The notes beneath the pieces are model-generated. The model worked only from the letters and a program-made list of their open reading frames with translations. It was not told where the DNA came from and searched no databases. The translations under genes and the position numbers were made by a program. A stretch of 33,640 nucleotides of DNA, taken from positions 1-33,640 of the forward strand of contig JBBCAX010000174.1 in assembly GCA_051382335.1 (NCBI GenBank). Direction: 5' to 3'. This DNA is from Deltaproteobacteria bacterium TL4. GTDB lineage: Bacteria; SAR324; NAC60-12. Positions 8,024-17,806 of this stretch are shown here, in pieces (positions within the stretch are counted from its first letter, which is position 1; every line of letters begins with the position of its first letter).

Positions 8024-9559
8024 TTATTCCGCTGGTTTTTGTCCCGGAGCTTGAATACCACGGCGGTCCAAAAGTGAACCTTCCAGACGATAGAGTTGGA
8101 CCAAGGCTTTGAGATGATTCATCACGGCTTCCACCTCAGAAATTTGGCTCAATACCAGATCCCCCTCCACTTGGGCGATCAGAAAGCCAGTGGATTTACC
8201 CACCTGAAATTTTTCGTTTTCTGCCTTGGCGGTGGCTTCACGAAGACGGCGGGTGGCGGCTACCGCTGCAATTTGTTCCTTGGTTCGCCGCACCTCGATA
8301 TAAGCCGAGCGGACGTCCACTTGAATGAGTTGTTCCAGATTCCGAATCGATTGTGACATCTGTTGACGTGTCAATACGGCTCGTTCATGACGAGCTTGAG
8401 CGTCTCGATTCTTCAGGGGATAATCCAGCTGAATCCCCAATGTCACATCATAGCTGTCACCTGTCAACTCGGTGAAAGAGCCTCCGAAAGAGTCCGCATA
8501 TCCGCTTTTACCTAAATTCAAAAACAGGTCCAGTTTGGGTAGCGTCCCATTTTTGGTTTTGACAAGTTCCAAATCTCCTTTTGAGGCTTGTAAGCGTGCC
8601 TGATTCAATTCCGGACGTTTTTTCAGAGCTAACGCGATGTGGTCCTCAATATTGTCCAGGGCTTGTTCAGGAATTTGGGGCTGACTTTTCAGTATGAAGC
8701 GTTGCTGCCAAAGATTGGGACTCTGTGGATTGAGTAACCTCAATAATCGCAGTTGGTTTTTTGCCAGGGAACTCCGTGCGTTGATCAAGGACTCCCGTTG
8801 TGTCGCCACCTGGGCTTCCACCGCGGCAGACTCCAGCTCCGGCAACTTCCCCACCTTAATGCGCTCAAGGGTTTCTTGCAATCGCTGTTGCGCCAGTTTA
8901 AGCGAATCTTCCATAATGTTGATCTGTTGTTCCGCAAGCACATAGTCCCAATAGGCGACTTCCACGTCAGCCACCAGCGTTTCGGTAAAGCCTCGCAACT
9001 CATATTCGGAAGAAAGGGTATCCAATTGAGACTGTTCAATACTGGCGAGGTTGGCGTGTACGTCATTACCACGGAGCAAGGCTTGCGTCACTGAAAAGCC
9101 CAGCCTAGTGCTCGCCTGTTCTCCCAAGCTCCCGGTCTGACTTTGACTGTTTTGCAAATCCATTCCAATTTGGGTACCGGTTGCCAAGGGTTTCGAGACC
9201 CCTACTTTCAACCGGGTTTCACCTGTTTCAACAGAGCTGCCGGTTCCAGCCGTGTTGGTCTGACTGCTGGAATTGGAAAGAGTTCCCGTTAGCAAGGGAT
9301 CAAAAGTAGCCTGTTGCTGCTGTTCAAAGGTCAGACGAATCGTGGGGTTTAAGCGTTCCACACTCAACGCCTGATTTTGTTCCATTGACATCAGGATGGC
9401 TTCGTCCAGGGTCAGACTGAGGACGATCGTATCCTTTTCATTTTTAGAGGGAGACTCATTGTTCAAACGATCCTGTGCCCGGAGGTTTAGGGGAAACATC
9501 GCCAGCATCATAAGAAGCAACCACATGTTGTTCAACTTTTCAGGGAAAGACTGTCTCAT
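8024..9559 (-). CDS. TolC-family outer membrane efflux protein
   Basis: Signal peptide, LTLDEAI...N, VEVAYW, ALKKRPEL, LPKLDL, VRSAY, KFQVGKST. Lies downstream of the RND permease. Confidence 0.92.
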   Translation of the reverse strand: MRQSFPEKLNNMWLLLMMLAMFPLNLRAQDRLNNESPSKNEKDTIVLSLTLDEAILMSMEQNQALSVERLNPTIRLTFEQQQQATFDPLLTGTLSNSSSQTNTAGTGSSVETGETRLKVGVSKPLATGTQIGMDLQNSQSQTGSLGEQASTRLGFSVTQALLRGNDVHANLASIEQSQLDTLSSEYELRGFTETLVADVEVAYWDYVLAEQQINIMEDSLKLAQQRLQETLERIKVGKLPELESAAVEAQVATQRESLINARSSLAKNQLRLLRLLNPQSPNLWQQRFILKSQPQIPEQALDNIEDHIALALKKRPELNQARLQASKGDLELVKTKNGTLPKLDLFLNLGKSGYADSFGGSFTELTGDSYDVTLGIQLDYPLKNRDAQARHERAVLTRQQMSQSIRNLEQLIQVDVRSAYIEVRRTKEQIAAVAATRRLREATAKAENEKFQVGKSTGFLIAQVEGDLVLSQISEVEAVMNHLKALVQLYRLEGSLLDRRGIQAPGQKPAE

Positions 9560-9599
9560 ATAAAACCATAAAAAATGTTTAAAAAGCTCTTGAAAATGA

Positions 9600-12500
9600 T
9601 TATGCTGATAATTCAGGCAACTCTTTTTTAGGAAGCCATTGTTCCAGCAAGGAATACAACACGGGAATAAAGATCAAGGTAATCAGGGTGGAACTGGTGA
9701 GTCCACCAATGATCACCCGTGCCATAGCGGCTTGGGTTTCTCCGCCCTCGCCCATGCCAATGGCCAAGGGAACCATTCCAAGAACCGTTGTGGAGGCGGT
9801 CATTAAAATGGGGCGCAAGCGTCGTCGCCCAGCTTCAATCAAGGCTTCATTAACAGGCAGATGCTCATGGTTTCTGAGTAAATTAATGGTGTCCACCAGC
9901 AAAATCGCATTATTCACCACAATTCCAGCCAGCATGATACAGCCGATATAGGATTGCACATTAAAAGTGGTGTGGGTCATAAACAAAATTAGAATGACAC
10001 CAATGATGGCCAGAGGAACAGAAAACATCACGATCAACGGATCCCGCAGGGACTCATACAGACAGGCCATCACCATATAGACCAGAATGAGCGCCAGAAT
10101 CATGCCGACGAGCAATTCCTGGAAGGCGCTCTGTTGAGCCTCATAATCACCTCCGAAGACCACACTAAAATCCTTGGGAATGGGCAACGTCGCGAGTCGT
10201 TGACGAATATCATCAATGATGGAGCCCACATCGCGTTCGGCAATGTTGACCGCGACAGTAATCACACGCTGTTGACCGATGCGTTCAATACGCACGGGTG
10301 CTGTACTGGGTTGAGAACTGACGACATTTTTCAGCATCACCGACTGTCCTGCCGCATTGATCAAGGTCAGTTGTGAGATTTCTTCCAGCTTCATCTGTTC
10401 CGCATCCTTGACTTTGACCAAAATGGTATATTCCTTCCCGGCTTCCCTGTATTTACCGGCGTCCACTCCGGACACTATAGCTTTCAAGGTGTTGGCAACA
10501 TCTGAAACCGTCAGTTTCATATCAGACGCACGATCCCGATCCACTTTAATCCGTTCTTCAGGGCGACCCGTTTCCAGACTCACCTGGACATCAGTCACCC
10601 CTTCAACATCACTGATCAGTTGTTTGACCTGAGTTGCCAGCGAGTTGCCAGTCTGGAGATCATACCCCCTGATTTCCACCTGGATTTTTTCGCCACTACC
10701 CGAAACCATTCGAAATAAAAACAGGCCTTGACCTGCGCGCGTTCGGATCGTCATACCGGGAATGGCCGATAATTTTTTCCGCAGAGCCATAGCAATGGCT
10801 TCGCTGGAACGGGTTCGCTCCGATAGCGGTTTGAGCGATATTTGAACGTTACCGGTATGACTGCCACTTCCGCCCCAGGTGCTGGCACCAATACGACTCA
10901 CAATATTTTGAGCTTCCGGAGTCTCTGCTCTTGCAAGCGCCTCGACCCGTATCAATTTTTCTGCCACAACATCCAGGTGTGTTCCGACATCCATTTCCAG
11001 ATCAATCCGTACTTCACCTTCATCAGTGGCTGGCATGAATTCAACGCCAATCAAAGGAAGGAGGGCAAAACTCATAACAAATAAGGGAAGGGTTCCTCCC
11101 ACGACCCACCATTTATGCCTGAGCGCCAAGGACAGGAGTTGTTTATATTCCAGCTCCAAGCCCAGAAAAAAGGCTTCCATCAAGTGAAAGACAGGAGCCA
11201 TTAATTTTCGTGAGTGAAAAGAGGCCGAAGCGGAAAGCGCCGAATCTCCCAGCAACCGTGAAGCCAGCATGGGAATTAAGGTTAGGGCCACAAACAGGGA
11301 GCAGAGCAAAGCAAAGCTGATGACATAGGCTAATTGTTGAAACATCACCCCGGCCATTCCGCGGACAAAAATAAGAGGCAGAAAAATCACCAGGGTCGTG
11401 AGTGTGCTGGCAATGATGGCCGGTGTCACTTCACTGCTGGCGGAAATGGCTGCCTGTCGGGAAGGAACTCCGGTTCCCCGTACCCGAAATACGTTTTCCA
11501 AGACCACAATGGCGTTATCCACGATCATGCCCATCCCGATGGCCAGCCCCCCTAAAGTCATCATATTTAGCGTGAATCCCGCGCCGTAAATCAGCCCAAA
11601 AGTAGCCACAATGGTAATGGGAATGGCGCTGGAAATGATAAAGGTGCTGCGAATGTTTTGTAAAAAGAATAAGAGCACCCCCATGGCAAAAATTCCGCCA
11701 TAAGCCGCAGCCGTGCTGACGTTGCTGATGGAACGCTGAATATAATCCGAAGTATCCACCAGGGGGTTTAAGGTCAATTGAGGAAGATCCCGATTGATAT
11801 TCTCTATTTCCTTGAGTACACTTTTCGCAACTTCTACGGTATTGGAACCGGATTGTTTTTGCACCGCAATGCGAATTCCAGGTTTACCATTGATCCGCAC
11901 AATCTGGGTGACCCGTTTGTAGGAATCTTCTACCGTGGCGATTTCTCGCAGTTGAATTGGGACCCCCTGTCGAACAGTCACAATGGTCTGTTGGAGGTCT
12001 TCCAGCGAGGCATATTCGCCGATAGTCCGAACGATAAAGTCATAGTTGCCTTTTCGCAGGGTTCCCACCGGCAAATTTACATTTTGAGTCTGCATACTGT
12101 GAACGATTTCCACAAAAGACAAGCCCAAGGCTTTCAGTTTCGCAGGGTTCACATTGACATGAATTTCACGTTCAAATCCCCCAAAAATATCCAGGGTTGC
12201 CACGCCTGGTTGCCGTTCCAGCCGATATCGGACCTGGTCTTCCACCAGTGTCTGGGTTTCAATGGGGCCGAGAGAGCTGGTAACTCCCAAGATCAGGATA
12301 GGAAACTGGGAGAGGTCAAATTTTCTCAGAATGGGACGACTGGCACCTTCAGGCAAACGGTCAAGAATTCGGTCCAAACGATCTCGTAAGTCATTGGAGG
12401 CCTCATCCAGGTTGGTCCCCCAAGTGAACGAGATGCGGATCACACTGGATCCTTCAGTGGAACGGGAAGACACTTCTTCCGCACCGGGAATCGCACTCAA

Positions 12501-12710
12501 GGCTTGTTCAATAGGTCGTGTGATCAGATTTTCGATCTCCTCAGGGCCTGCGTTTTCATAGCTGGTGATGACACTCAGCGTGGGGTAAGTGATTTCGGGC
12601 ATCAAATCAATCGGTAGACGGGACAGGGCCATCCCGCCCAAAATCATCACAATCAGGACTACCATGGTAACGAATATCGGTCGTTTTACCGAAAAACCAG
12701 AGACGTTCAT
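9600..12710 (-). CDS. RND efflux permease (AcrB/AcrD/AcrF family)
   Basis: SVKRPI, LPIDLMP, ITRPIE, LNMMTLGGLA...IVDNAIVVLEN, FMPATDEG, GIVVNNAILLVD, RLRPILMT. 1036 aa. Confidence 0.96.
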   Translation of the reverse strand: MNVSGFSVKRPIFVTMVVLIVMILGGMALSRLPIDLMPEITYPTLSVITSYENAGPEEIENLITRPIEQALSAIPGAEEVSSRSTEGSSVIRISFTWGTNLDEASNDLRDRLDRILDRLPEGASRPILRKFDLSQFPILILGVTSSLGPIETQTLVEDQVRYRLERQPGVATLDIFGGFEREIHVNVNPAKLKALGLSFVEIVHSMQTQNVNLPVGTLRKGNYDFIVRTIGEYASLEDLQQTIVTVRQGVPIQLREIATVEDSYKRVTQIVRINGKPGIRIAVQKQSGSNTVEVAKSVLKEIENINRDLPQLTLNPLVDTSDYIQRSISNVSTAAAYGGIFAMGVLLFFLQNIRSTFIISSAIPITIVATFGLIYGAGFTLNMMTLGGLAIGMGMIVDNAIVVLENVFRVRGTGVPSRQAAISASSEVTPAIIASTLTTLVIFLPLIFVRGMAGVMFQQLAYVISFALLCSLFVALTLIPMLASRLLGDSALSASASFHSRKLMAPVFHLMEAFFLGLELEYKQLLSLALRHKWWVVGGTLPLFVMSFALLPLIGVEFMPATDEGEVRIDLEMDVGTHLDVVAEKLIRVEALARAETPEAQNIVSRIGASTWGGSGSHTGNVQISLKPLSERTRSSEAIAMALRKKLSAIPGMTIRTRAGQGLFLFRMVSGSGEKIQVEIRGYDLQTGNSLATQVKQLISDVEGVTDVQVSLETGRPEERIKVDRDRASDMKLTVSDVANTLKAIVSGVDAGKYREAGKEYTILVKVKDAEQMKLEEISQLTLINAAGQSVMLKNVVSSQPSTAPVRIERIGQQRVITVAVNIAERDVGSIIDDIRQRLATLPIPKDFSVVFGGDYEAQQSAFQELLVGMILALILVYMVMACLYESLRDPLIVMFSVPLAIIGVILILFMTHTTFNVQSYIGCIMLAGIVVNNAILLVDTINLLRNHEHLPVNEALIEAGRRRLRPILMTASTTVLGMVPLAIGMGEGGETQAAMARVIIGGLTSSTLITLIFIPVLYSLLEQWLPKKELPELSA

Positions 12711-13936
12711 TTGCCCTCTTTTTGCTCACGTTTTTTTCTGGAAACCTGTTCAGAAGATGATTCCAACGCGGAATCTTGCGCAGGTAGAATGATGTCAGAT
12801 CCATCTTGCAAGAGATGATGCCCCAGCGTCACCACCTGTCCCGATAATTTCGGCGCGAGAACTTCGGTGAAAAGGCCTTGCACAATCCCGAGCCTGACTG
12901 GCATGAATTTAGCTTTTTTTGCGTTCAAATCCGCCTCAAAAACGCCCTTGACCTCGTTTCTTTCCACTATCGCCTTCGTAGGCACCACCGTGGTATTGGC
13001 ATGTTCATCAAATTGAATCCGCACATGGACAAACATTCCCGGTTTCAGCCAGTTTTTGGGATTGGGAACTTCAATTTCCACGCGGGCTTGCCGAGAAGTT
13101 TCCTGAATCAGGGGGGCGATCCGAATCACTTTTCCTTGAAATATCTTTTCTTCCGCGACATTGTTCACGACGCTTACCGGTTGCTTCAGTTGCAGTTTGA
13201 AATAATCCCGTTCGGTGACATTAATCACCGCAATCACTGAGGAGATGTCTAAAATAGAAACGATGGGTGAGTTGGCTGTGAGTAAAGCGCCTTCATCCAC
13301 GAACCTTTCTCCGATGACCCGTTCCGTTTGGGGTTCCTCCCATAACGCATGAATACGGGTATACGACAAACGGATTTTTGTGGCTTCCAAGGCCGCTTGT
13401 TTTTCTGTGACCTGAGCCTGACCCACCCGGTAATCGGCCTGTTGTTTGCTATACTGGGCTTCCGCCAATTCCAGTTCAGAAGCAGAAACCACTTTTTTGG
13501 TTCTTAATTCCCGGATACGTTCCAATTCCCGCTGAGCCAGTTCCAAAGCGTTACGAGTGGTTTCCAGGTTGGCGTTGCTCACCTCCAGGGTGGCTTGAGC
13601 CTGATGCTGCTGCTGGATGTATTCCGCATCGTCCAATTGGGCAATGAGTTGATTGGCTTTGATCTTGTCTCCGATGTCAAACCATAATTTTTCCAGGCGT
13701 CCCGCAATTTTAGGCGCGATCACAACCTTCGATTTCGCAAACAAAGTCCCCGTGAATTCGCCCATATCCTGAAGGGTTCTGGTCTCAACCGGTGCAATTT
13801 CGACAGCCACCGCGGCAGGCCCCCGGTTACGGGAAGAACCGGAATTTTTTGAAGTGAAGGCGCTCTGATAAATTTGCCATCCCAAAAGACCGAGTAACGC
13901 CACTCCACTCACACTCATAATTATTCTTTTTTTCAT
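12707..13936 (-). CDS. RND efflux periplasmic adaptor (membrane fusion protein)
   Basis: N-terminal anchor, PKIAGRL...GDKIKANQLIAQLD, helical hairpin, LKPGMF, VPTKAI. ATGA overlap with the permease. Confidence 0.94.
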   Translation of the reverse strand: MKKRIIMSVSGVALLGLLGWQIYQSAFTSKNSGSSRNRGPAAVAVEIAPVETRTLQDMGEFTGTLFAKSKVVIAPKIAGRLEKLWFDIGDKIKANQLIAQLDDAEYIQQQHQAQATLEVSNANLETTRNALELAQRELERIRELRTKKVVSASELELAEAQYSKQQADYRVGQAQVTEKQAALEATKIRLSYTRIHALWEEPQTERVIGERFVDEGALLTANSPIVSILDISSVIAVINVTERDYFKLQLKQPVSVVNNVAEEKIFQGKVIRIAPLIQETSRQARVEIEVPNPKNWLKPGMFVHVRIQFDEHANTTVVPTKAIVERNEVKGVFEADLNAKKAKFMPVRLGIVQGLFTEVLAPKLSGQVVTLGHHLLQDGSDIILPAQDSALESSSEQVSRKKREQKEGK

Positions 13937-14131
13937 GCCTTTGATCCTAACTGAATTGATTACCCATTAATGTAAACGATTAGCCACAGATACTCGCCGC
14001 TAAAAAGTTGTCAAGAAAAATTTTGTCCAAAGGCCTCCCTTTTGATGATAGCCACAAAATCCACAAAAACCACTAAAATAAATCTTCCTGCGCACTCTCG
14101 CCGACTCGCCTTTTAAATTACCGACTGTCAT

Positions 14132-14254
14132 GGCTATAGTCATCGTTTCGCCAAAAGGCAGCGATCTTTGAAATCCGGCTTCGACTCCGCTCAGCCTCCG
14201 AGTGCGTTCCCTGAGCAAAGTCGAAGGGACATTGGCGAAACGATGACTATAGCC
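14132..14254. mobile_element. MITE (123 bp) with 8-bp target-site duplication and an internal REP-like hairpin
   Basis: Perfect 23-bp IRs GGCTATAGTCATCGTTTCGCCAA / TTGGCGAAACGATGACTATAGCC, flanked by ACTGTCAT at 14124-14131 and 14255-14262. Interior CTTCGACTCCGCTCAG...CTGAGCAAAGTCGAAG. Confidence 0.88.
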
Positions 14255-14258
14255 ACTG

Positions 14259-15005
14259 TCATTTATTGAGAAAGATGGTGGGATGCTGTTGGATTTGAGG
14301 AATCACCGTGTTTAAATAGTCGGTAAATTGGCAGACTTTGATTTTCCCACCACCTACAGGAAATTGTTGGATTTGATTTCCTTTAATAAGCCAGTCTTCA
14401 ATTTTTGACAAATAGAGTTTCGGATAAGTTTTCAAATCACGAACATACATTTTGAAAATTTTTTCAGGCATAGGTTCTTTCGTATCATTGGAAACAGGAA
14501 AGTCTTTCCAATAACGGTAAGGGACGGTCACCCGTTCTTCCGCAAAATGAACCAACGAAATGGAGTCCATTGACGCTCCCAAAAGAAGAATTTTTGCCTT
14601 ATTTTTCAGCATCACACCAAAAGGGCCCTTTTCGTCAAAACCTGAGAGGGTGTCCGCAGAACAGATCTCAACAGCCAATTTGCCGATGGCTGCGACGCGA
14701 TGGATGGGGTGAGTGCTTTTTTGGCAGTTATCCAAGGTTTGAAGGTACTCGGACAAAGGACCCATTGGAAGTCTCAAGCCCATAAAAAACTCGTAATCAT
14801 ATCTGAAGGCAGGAACCACAATGGTCCCTTCAGGGCCAAGACATTCCCTCAAAGTTTCCAGGATCCAATAGGGAATTGCCTTAAACGCAACCCCTTCGAT
14901 GGCACCTAATAAAAATAAGGCGCTATGGACCATAACCACGTCACCTTTTGATAAACCTGTTGCGTGAAAAGCCTGTTTCAGTGTGTTTAAGGAATAGTGT
15001 TTCAT
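14259..15005 (-). CDS. AAC(3)/YokD-family N-acyltransferase
   Basis: GLSKGDVVMVHSAL, GPEGTIVVPAF, STHPIHRVAAIG, ILLLGA, SLVHFAEE, VPYRYWK. Confidence 0.9.
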   Translation of the reverse strand: MKHYSLNTLKQAFHATGLSKGDVVMVHSALFLLGAIEGVAFKAIPYWILETLRECLGPEGTIVVPAFRYDYEFFMGLRLPMGPLSEYLQTLDNCQKSTHPIHRVAAIGKLAVEICSADTLSGFDEKGPFGVMLKNKAKILLLGASMDSISLVHFAEERVTVPYRYWKDFPVSNDTKEPMPEKIFKMYVRDLKTYPKLYLSKIEDWLIKGNQIQQFPVGGGKIKVCQFTDYLNTVIPQIQQHPTIFLNK

Positions 15006-15022
15006 GAGAGAGACCTTTTTTT

Positions 15023-15952
15023 TTAATAAAATCTTTCACCCGTTTGAATATTTAAACGCTCCGCGATTTGTGGACCTGAGAGTGTTTCCTGAGGATCAAC
15101 CACGATTTTTGTGATCAGTAGGCTTTCCTTCTGCCCGGTGGCAACCGTAACACCTGACGCGTTGACCGACAAAACCATACCAGGCGTTTGACTCGGAAGC
15201 GTTGAACTTTTTGCTTTTTGCAGGCTGAGCTTCAGATCACGAAATCGAGTCATCGGAGTATAAGTCGGTGATTGAAAAGGTGAATAATCCGCTGCTCGTA
15301 TAAAATCAAGAATTTGTTGGGCCGAAGCCTCCCAAGGAATGGTTCCGTCCAAGGCCTCACGATGATAGTAGATTTTTCGAAGACTTAAATCTTGTTGGAT
15401 CTGAGGAGGCGATTGGCCTTGCGCGATCTCACTCAAGGCCTTTACCACCAATTCTGTGCCGGCATTAAGACATTTGATAAAGAGCGACAAGCCCGTGTCT
15501 TTGGGAGAAACGGGGAATTCTTTAAGGTACGCAATAGGGCCCGCATCCACTTTGGCGTCCATCCAGTGTAACGTTGCGGCAAAGGTTTTTTCTCCATTAC
15601 GAATAGCCCATTGATGGGTATGCAGTCCCGCATATTCCGGGAGTTTTCCTGGATGCATGTTTAAGGCACCATACAAGGGAATGGCCAATAAGGACGCGGG
15701 AAAAATGAAAGTGGAATTGACTGAAAAAAGCCAATCGGGAGCGTGTTCTTTCAGTATCTCAATCCCGACCTCCGTCTTTAGCAGATTGATATCCCTGAAC
15801 TCCAAGCCCATGAGCTGAGCCTGGTTTTGGATCTCCCGACTGTGAGGGCTGTCCGTGTACAAAGCCTGTAGGTTTAAGTGTTCCATCTTTGCGACAGCAT
15901 GCAGAAGTTTTTGAACAGGTGTGGAGCTGCCAATGAGAATGATGTTATTCAT
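15023..15952 (-). CDS. 10-formyl-THF-dependent formyltransferase (Fmt/ArnA-N-like)
   Basis: ALNMHPGKLPEYAG, WAIRNGE, TLHWMDAKVDAGPI (Asn/His/Asp catalytic residues). Likely start is ATG 15952 (MNNIILIG), overlapping the carrier-protein stop by 8 bp. Confidence 0.9.
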   Translation of the reverse strand: MNNIILIGSSTPVQKLLHAVAKMEHLNLQALYTDSPHSREIQNQAQLMGLEFRDINLLKTEVGIEILKEHAPDWLFSVNSTFIFPASLLAIPLYGALNMHPGKLPEYAGLHTHQWAIRNGEKTFAATLHWMDAKVDAGPIAYLKEFPVSPKDTGLSLFIKCLNAGTELVVKALSEIAQGQSPPQIQQDLSLRKIYYHREALDGTIPWEASAQQILDFIRAADYSPFQSPTYTPMTRFRDLKLSLQKAKSSTLPSQTPGMVLSVNASGVTVATGQKESLLITKIVVDPQETLSGPQIAERLNIQTGERFY

Positions 15953-16220
15953 GGACGTTTGATGCCGATTGTGCTGTGTGAAAAGCGAGTCCTTTGGGGG
16001 TTGTAAACTCGGTGGGGTCCAGTTCACTGAAGTCAACTTCGAGCGCAAATTCCGTTTCAATCACAGCCAGTAGTTCTAAAAATTCGAGAGAGTTTAAAAG
16101 ACCTGAATTGATCAAAGCAGAGTTCTCCTTGATTTTCTCTTGTGTCACGCCTCTCTCTTGAGTCATGTCTTCGATTTTTCGTAAAATAAAATTTTTAATG
16201 CGTTCTTCCAGGTTATCCAT
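15945..16220 (-). CDS. Acyl/aminoacyl carrier protein (DltC-like)
   Basis: 91 aa, acidic. LINSGLLNSLEFLELLAVIETEF carries the phosphopantetheine Ser in 'NSL'. Confidence 0.88.
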   Translation of the reverse strand: MDNLEERIKNFILRKIEDMTQERGVTQEKIKENSALINSGLLNSLEFLELLAVIETEFALEVDFSELDPTEFTTPKGLAFHTAQSASNVHE

Positions 16221-16221
16221 G

Positions 16222-17802
16222 CTAAAACTCTTCCAGAATCTTCATCAACTGAGATCGATCAATTTTGCCATTCACATTAAGGGGCATTTCATGAATAAAA
16301 TATATTCGTTGAGGAACCATATATTCGGGCAATCGCTGCTTGCATTGTTGGATCAGCGTTCTTTCATCCGCTGCTGTTTTTTCTCCTATAAAGGCCACAA
16401 GGGCCTCCACGGATCCCTCTGATTTTTTTGGCACAGAGGCAATTAAATCACATCCTGTCAGATTTCTCAATACATGATCCACTTCCTGTAGCTCCACACG
16501 ATGTCCTCGGATTTGTACCTGATCATCGAGTCTACCCAAATAATAAAGACAACCATCGGCACCTTGCTTGACTAAATCTCCTGTTCGGTACCAGAGGGCG
16601 TCTTTCCTGTCAGCAAGTGTGATGAATTTACTGCTATTTTGCTCGACATTATTCAGATAGCCCCTGGAAATTTGTGTTCCGGACAAACAGAGTTCACCGA
16701 CTTCTCCAACCTGTACCTCCTTACGGTTTGAAGCAATCACACAACCGTGTTGACTTTCAAAAATCCAGCCTATCGGAACAATGCCATTGAGACAGGATGC
16801 CTGTGAAGCCTCCGTCCAAGGAAAACGGGTGATCGCGATGGTCGCTTCCGTCGGCCCATAAAGATTATCGATTTTAGAATGAAACGCTGCTTGTTGCCAG
16901 GCTTGAACTGAGGACACCGGCAGGGCCTCACCGCAAAAGAAGCTATATCGTAATGTTGGAAAGGCGTTGGGCTTCAACATCTTCATTTTCGCCATAAACA
17001 TCACTACGGAAGGCACAGAAAACCAGAGCGTCAGTTGCTTTTCCCTGATAAATTTTGCTGGCCCCATCAGTGAGGCTTGCGGCACAACACATAAACACGC
17101 ACCCCGCTCCCAACAGATGAACAGATCATGAACACTTAAATCAAAAGTGAGATCAAACATTTGGGAACACCGATCATTTTCATGAATCGGATACTGCTCG
17201 CAAATAGTCTCAAGATAGGCCCTCACATTCTGGTGACTTATAGGAACGCCTTTAGGGATGCCTGTGCTTCCAGACGTAAAGAGCAAATACGCGATATCAC
17301 TGGGCTCGACCTGCGGAGAACTCAGCGTGCTGGTTCCTTGAGACAGCAGGGATTGACTCAGAAACAGATGTTCTGGAAAGCGTTGCGGGAGATCTTTTAA
17401 ATCGGAAGTTTCAGGAAAAATGAGGGTTTGTGGGTTTTCAAGCAAAGGTAACAGCTCTTCAAGCAAGGACACGGCCTCAGTACCGACAATGAGGATCTGG
17501 CTTTCCGCTAAAGCCAGCATTTTCGAAGTACGCTGTATGGGAAAATTCGGATTTAAAGGAGTATATCCTTTTCCCGCAGCAAGGATCGCCAAGATCCCTG
17601 CGTAAGCGGTCAGGCTTCGTGACGCCAAAATGGAAATCAAAGGTTGGGCTTCCCGTTCATATTCAAGAAGAGTCGCTGTAAGCGTTCCGACACAAGCACT
17701 CAATTCCTGATAGGTCCATTGCTGATCTTTAATTTCCAAGGCGCGATGATTGGGAAAGCGGAGGGTTGTGTTGATGAATCCATCGATAAGACAATTTGAC
17801 AT
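16222..17802 (-). CDS. Stand-alone amino acid adenylation enzyme (DltA-like)
   Basis: Core motifs AYLLFTSGSTGIPKG, FDLSV, FFCGE, NLYGPTE, GELCLSG...GYL, YRTGD, GRLDDQVQIRGHRVEL, LPEYMVP, NGKIDR. Confidence 0.94.
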   Translation of the reverse strand: MSNCLIDGFINTTLRFPNHRALEIKDQQWTYQELSACVGTLTATLLEYEREAQPLISILASRSLTAYAGILAILAAGKGYTPLNPNFPIQRTSKMLALAESQILIVGTEAVSLLEELLPLLENPQTLIFPETSDLKDLPQRFPEHLFLSQSLLSQGTSTLSSPQVEPSDIAYLLFTSGSTGIPKGVPISHQNVRAYLETICEQYPIHENDRCSQMFDLTFDLSVHDLFICWERGACLCVVPQASLMGPAKFIREKQLTLWFSVPSVVMFMAKMKMLKPNAFPTLRYSFFCGEALPVSSVQAWQQAAFHSKIDNLYGPTEATIAITRFPWTEASQASCLNGIVPIGWIFESQHGCVIASNRKEVQVGEVGELCLSGTQISRGYLNNVEQNSSKFITLADRKDALWYRTGDLVKQGADGCLYYLGRLDDQVQIRGHRVELQEVDHVLRNLTGCDLIASVPKKSEGSVEALVAFIGEKTAADERTLIQQCKQRLPEYMVPQRIYFIHEMPLNVNGKIDRSQLMKILEEF

Positions 17803-17806
17803 AGTA

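Noticed and set aside
14000..14218. 72-aa ORF
   Set aside because: It is largely a translation of the MITE/REP-like element.
14259..15005. Acquired aminoglycoside resistance gene
   Set aside because: It is embedded in a carrier-protein operon with no integron or transposon context; family membership alone does not imply resistance.
15953..16060. N-terminal extension of the formyltransferase ORF
   Set aside because: It overlaps the carrier-protein gene; ATG 15952 gives a typical Fmt-like start.
15945..17802. Canonical dlt operon
   Set aside because: No DltB (MBOAT) or DltD gene, and the window encodes diderm features (TolC).
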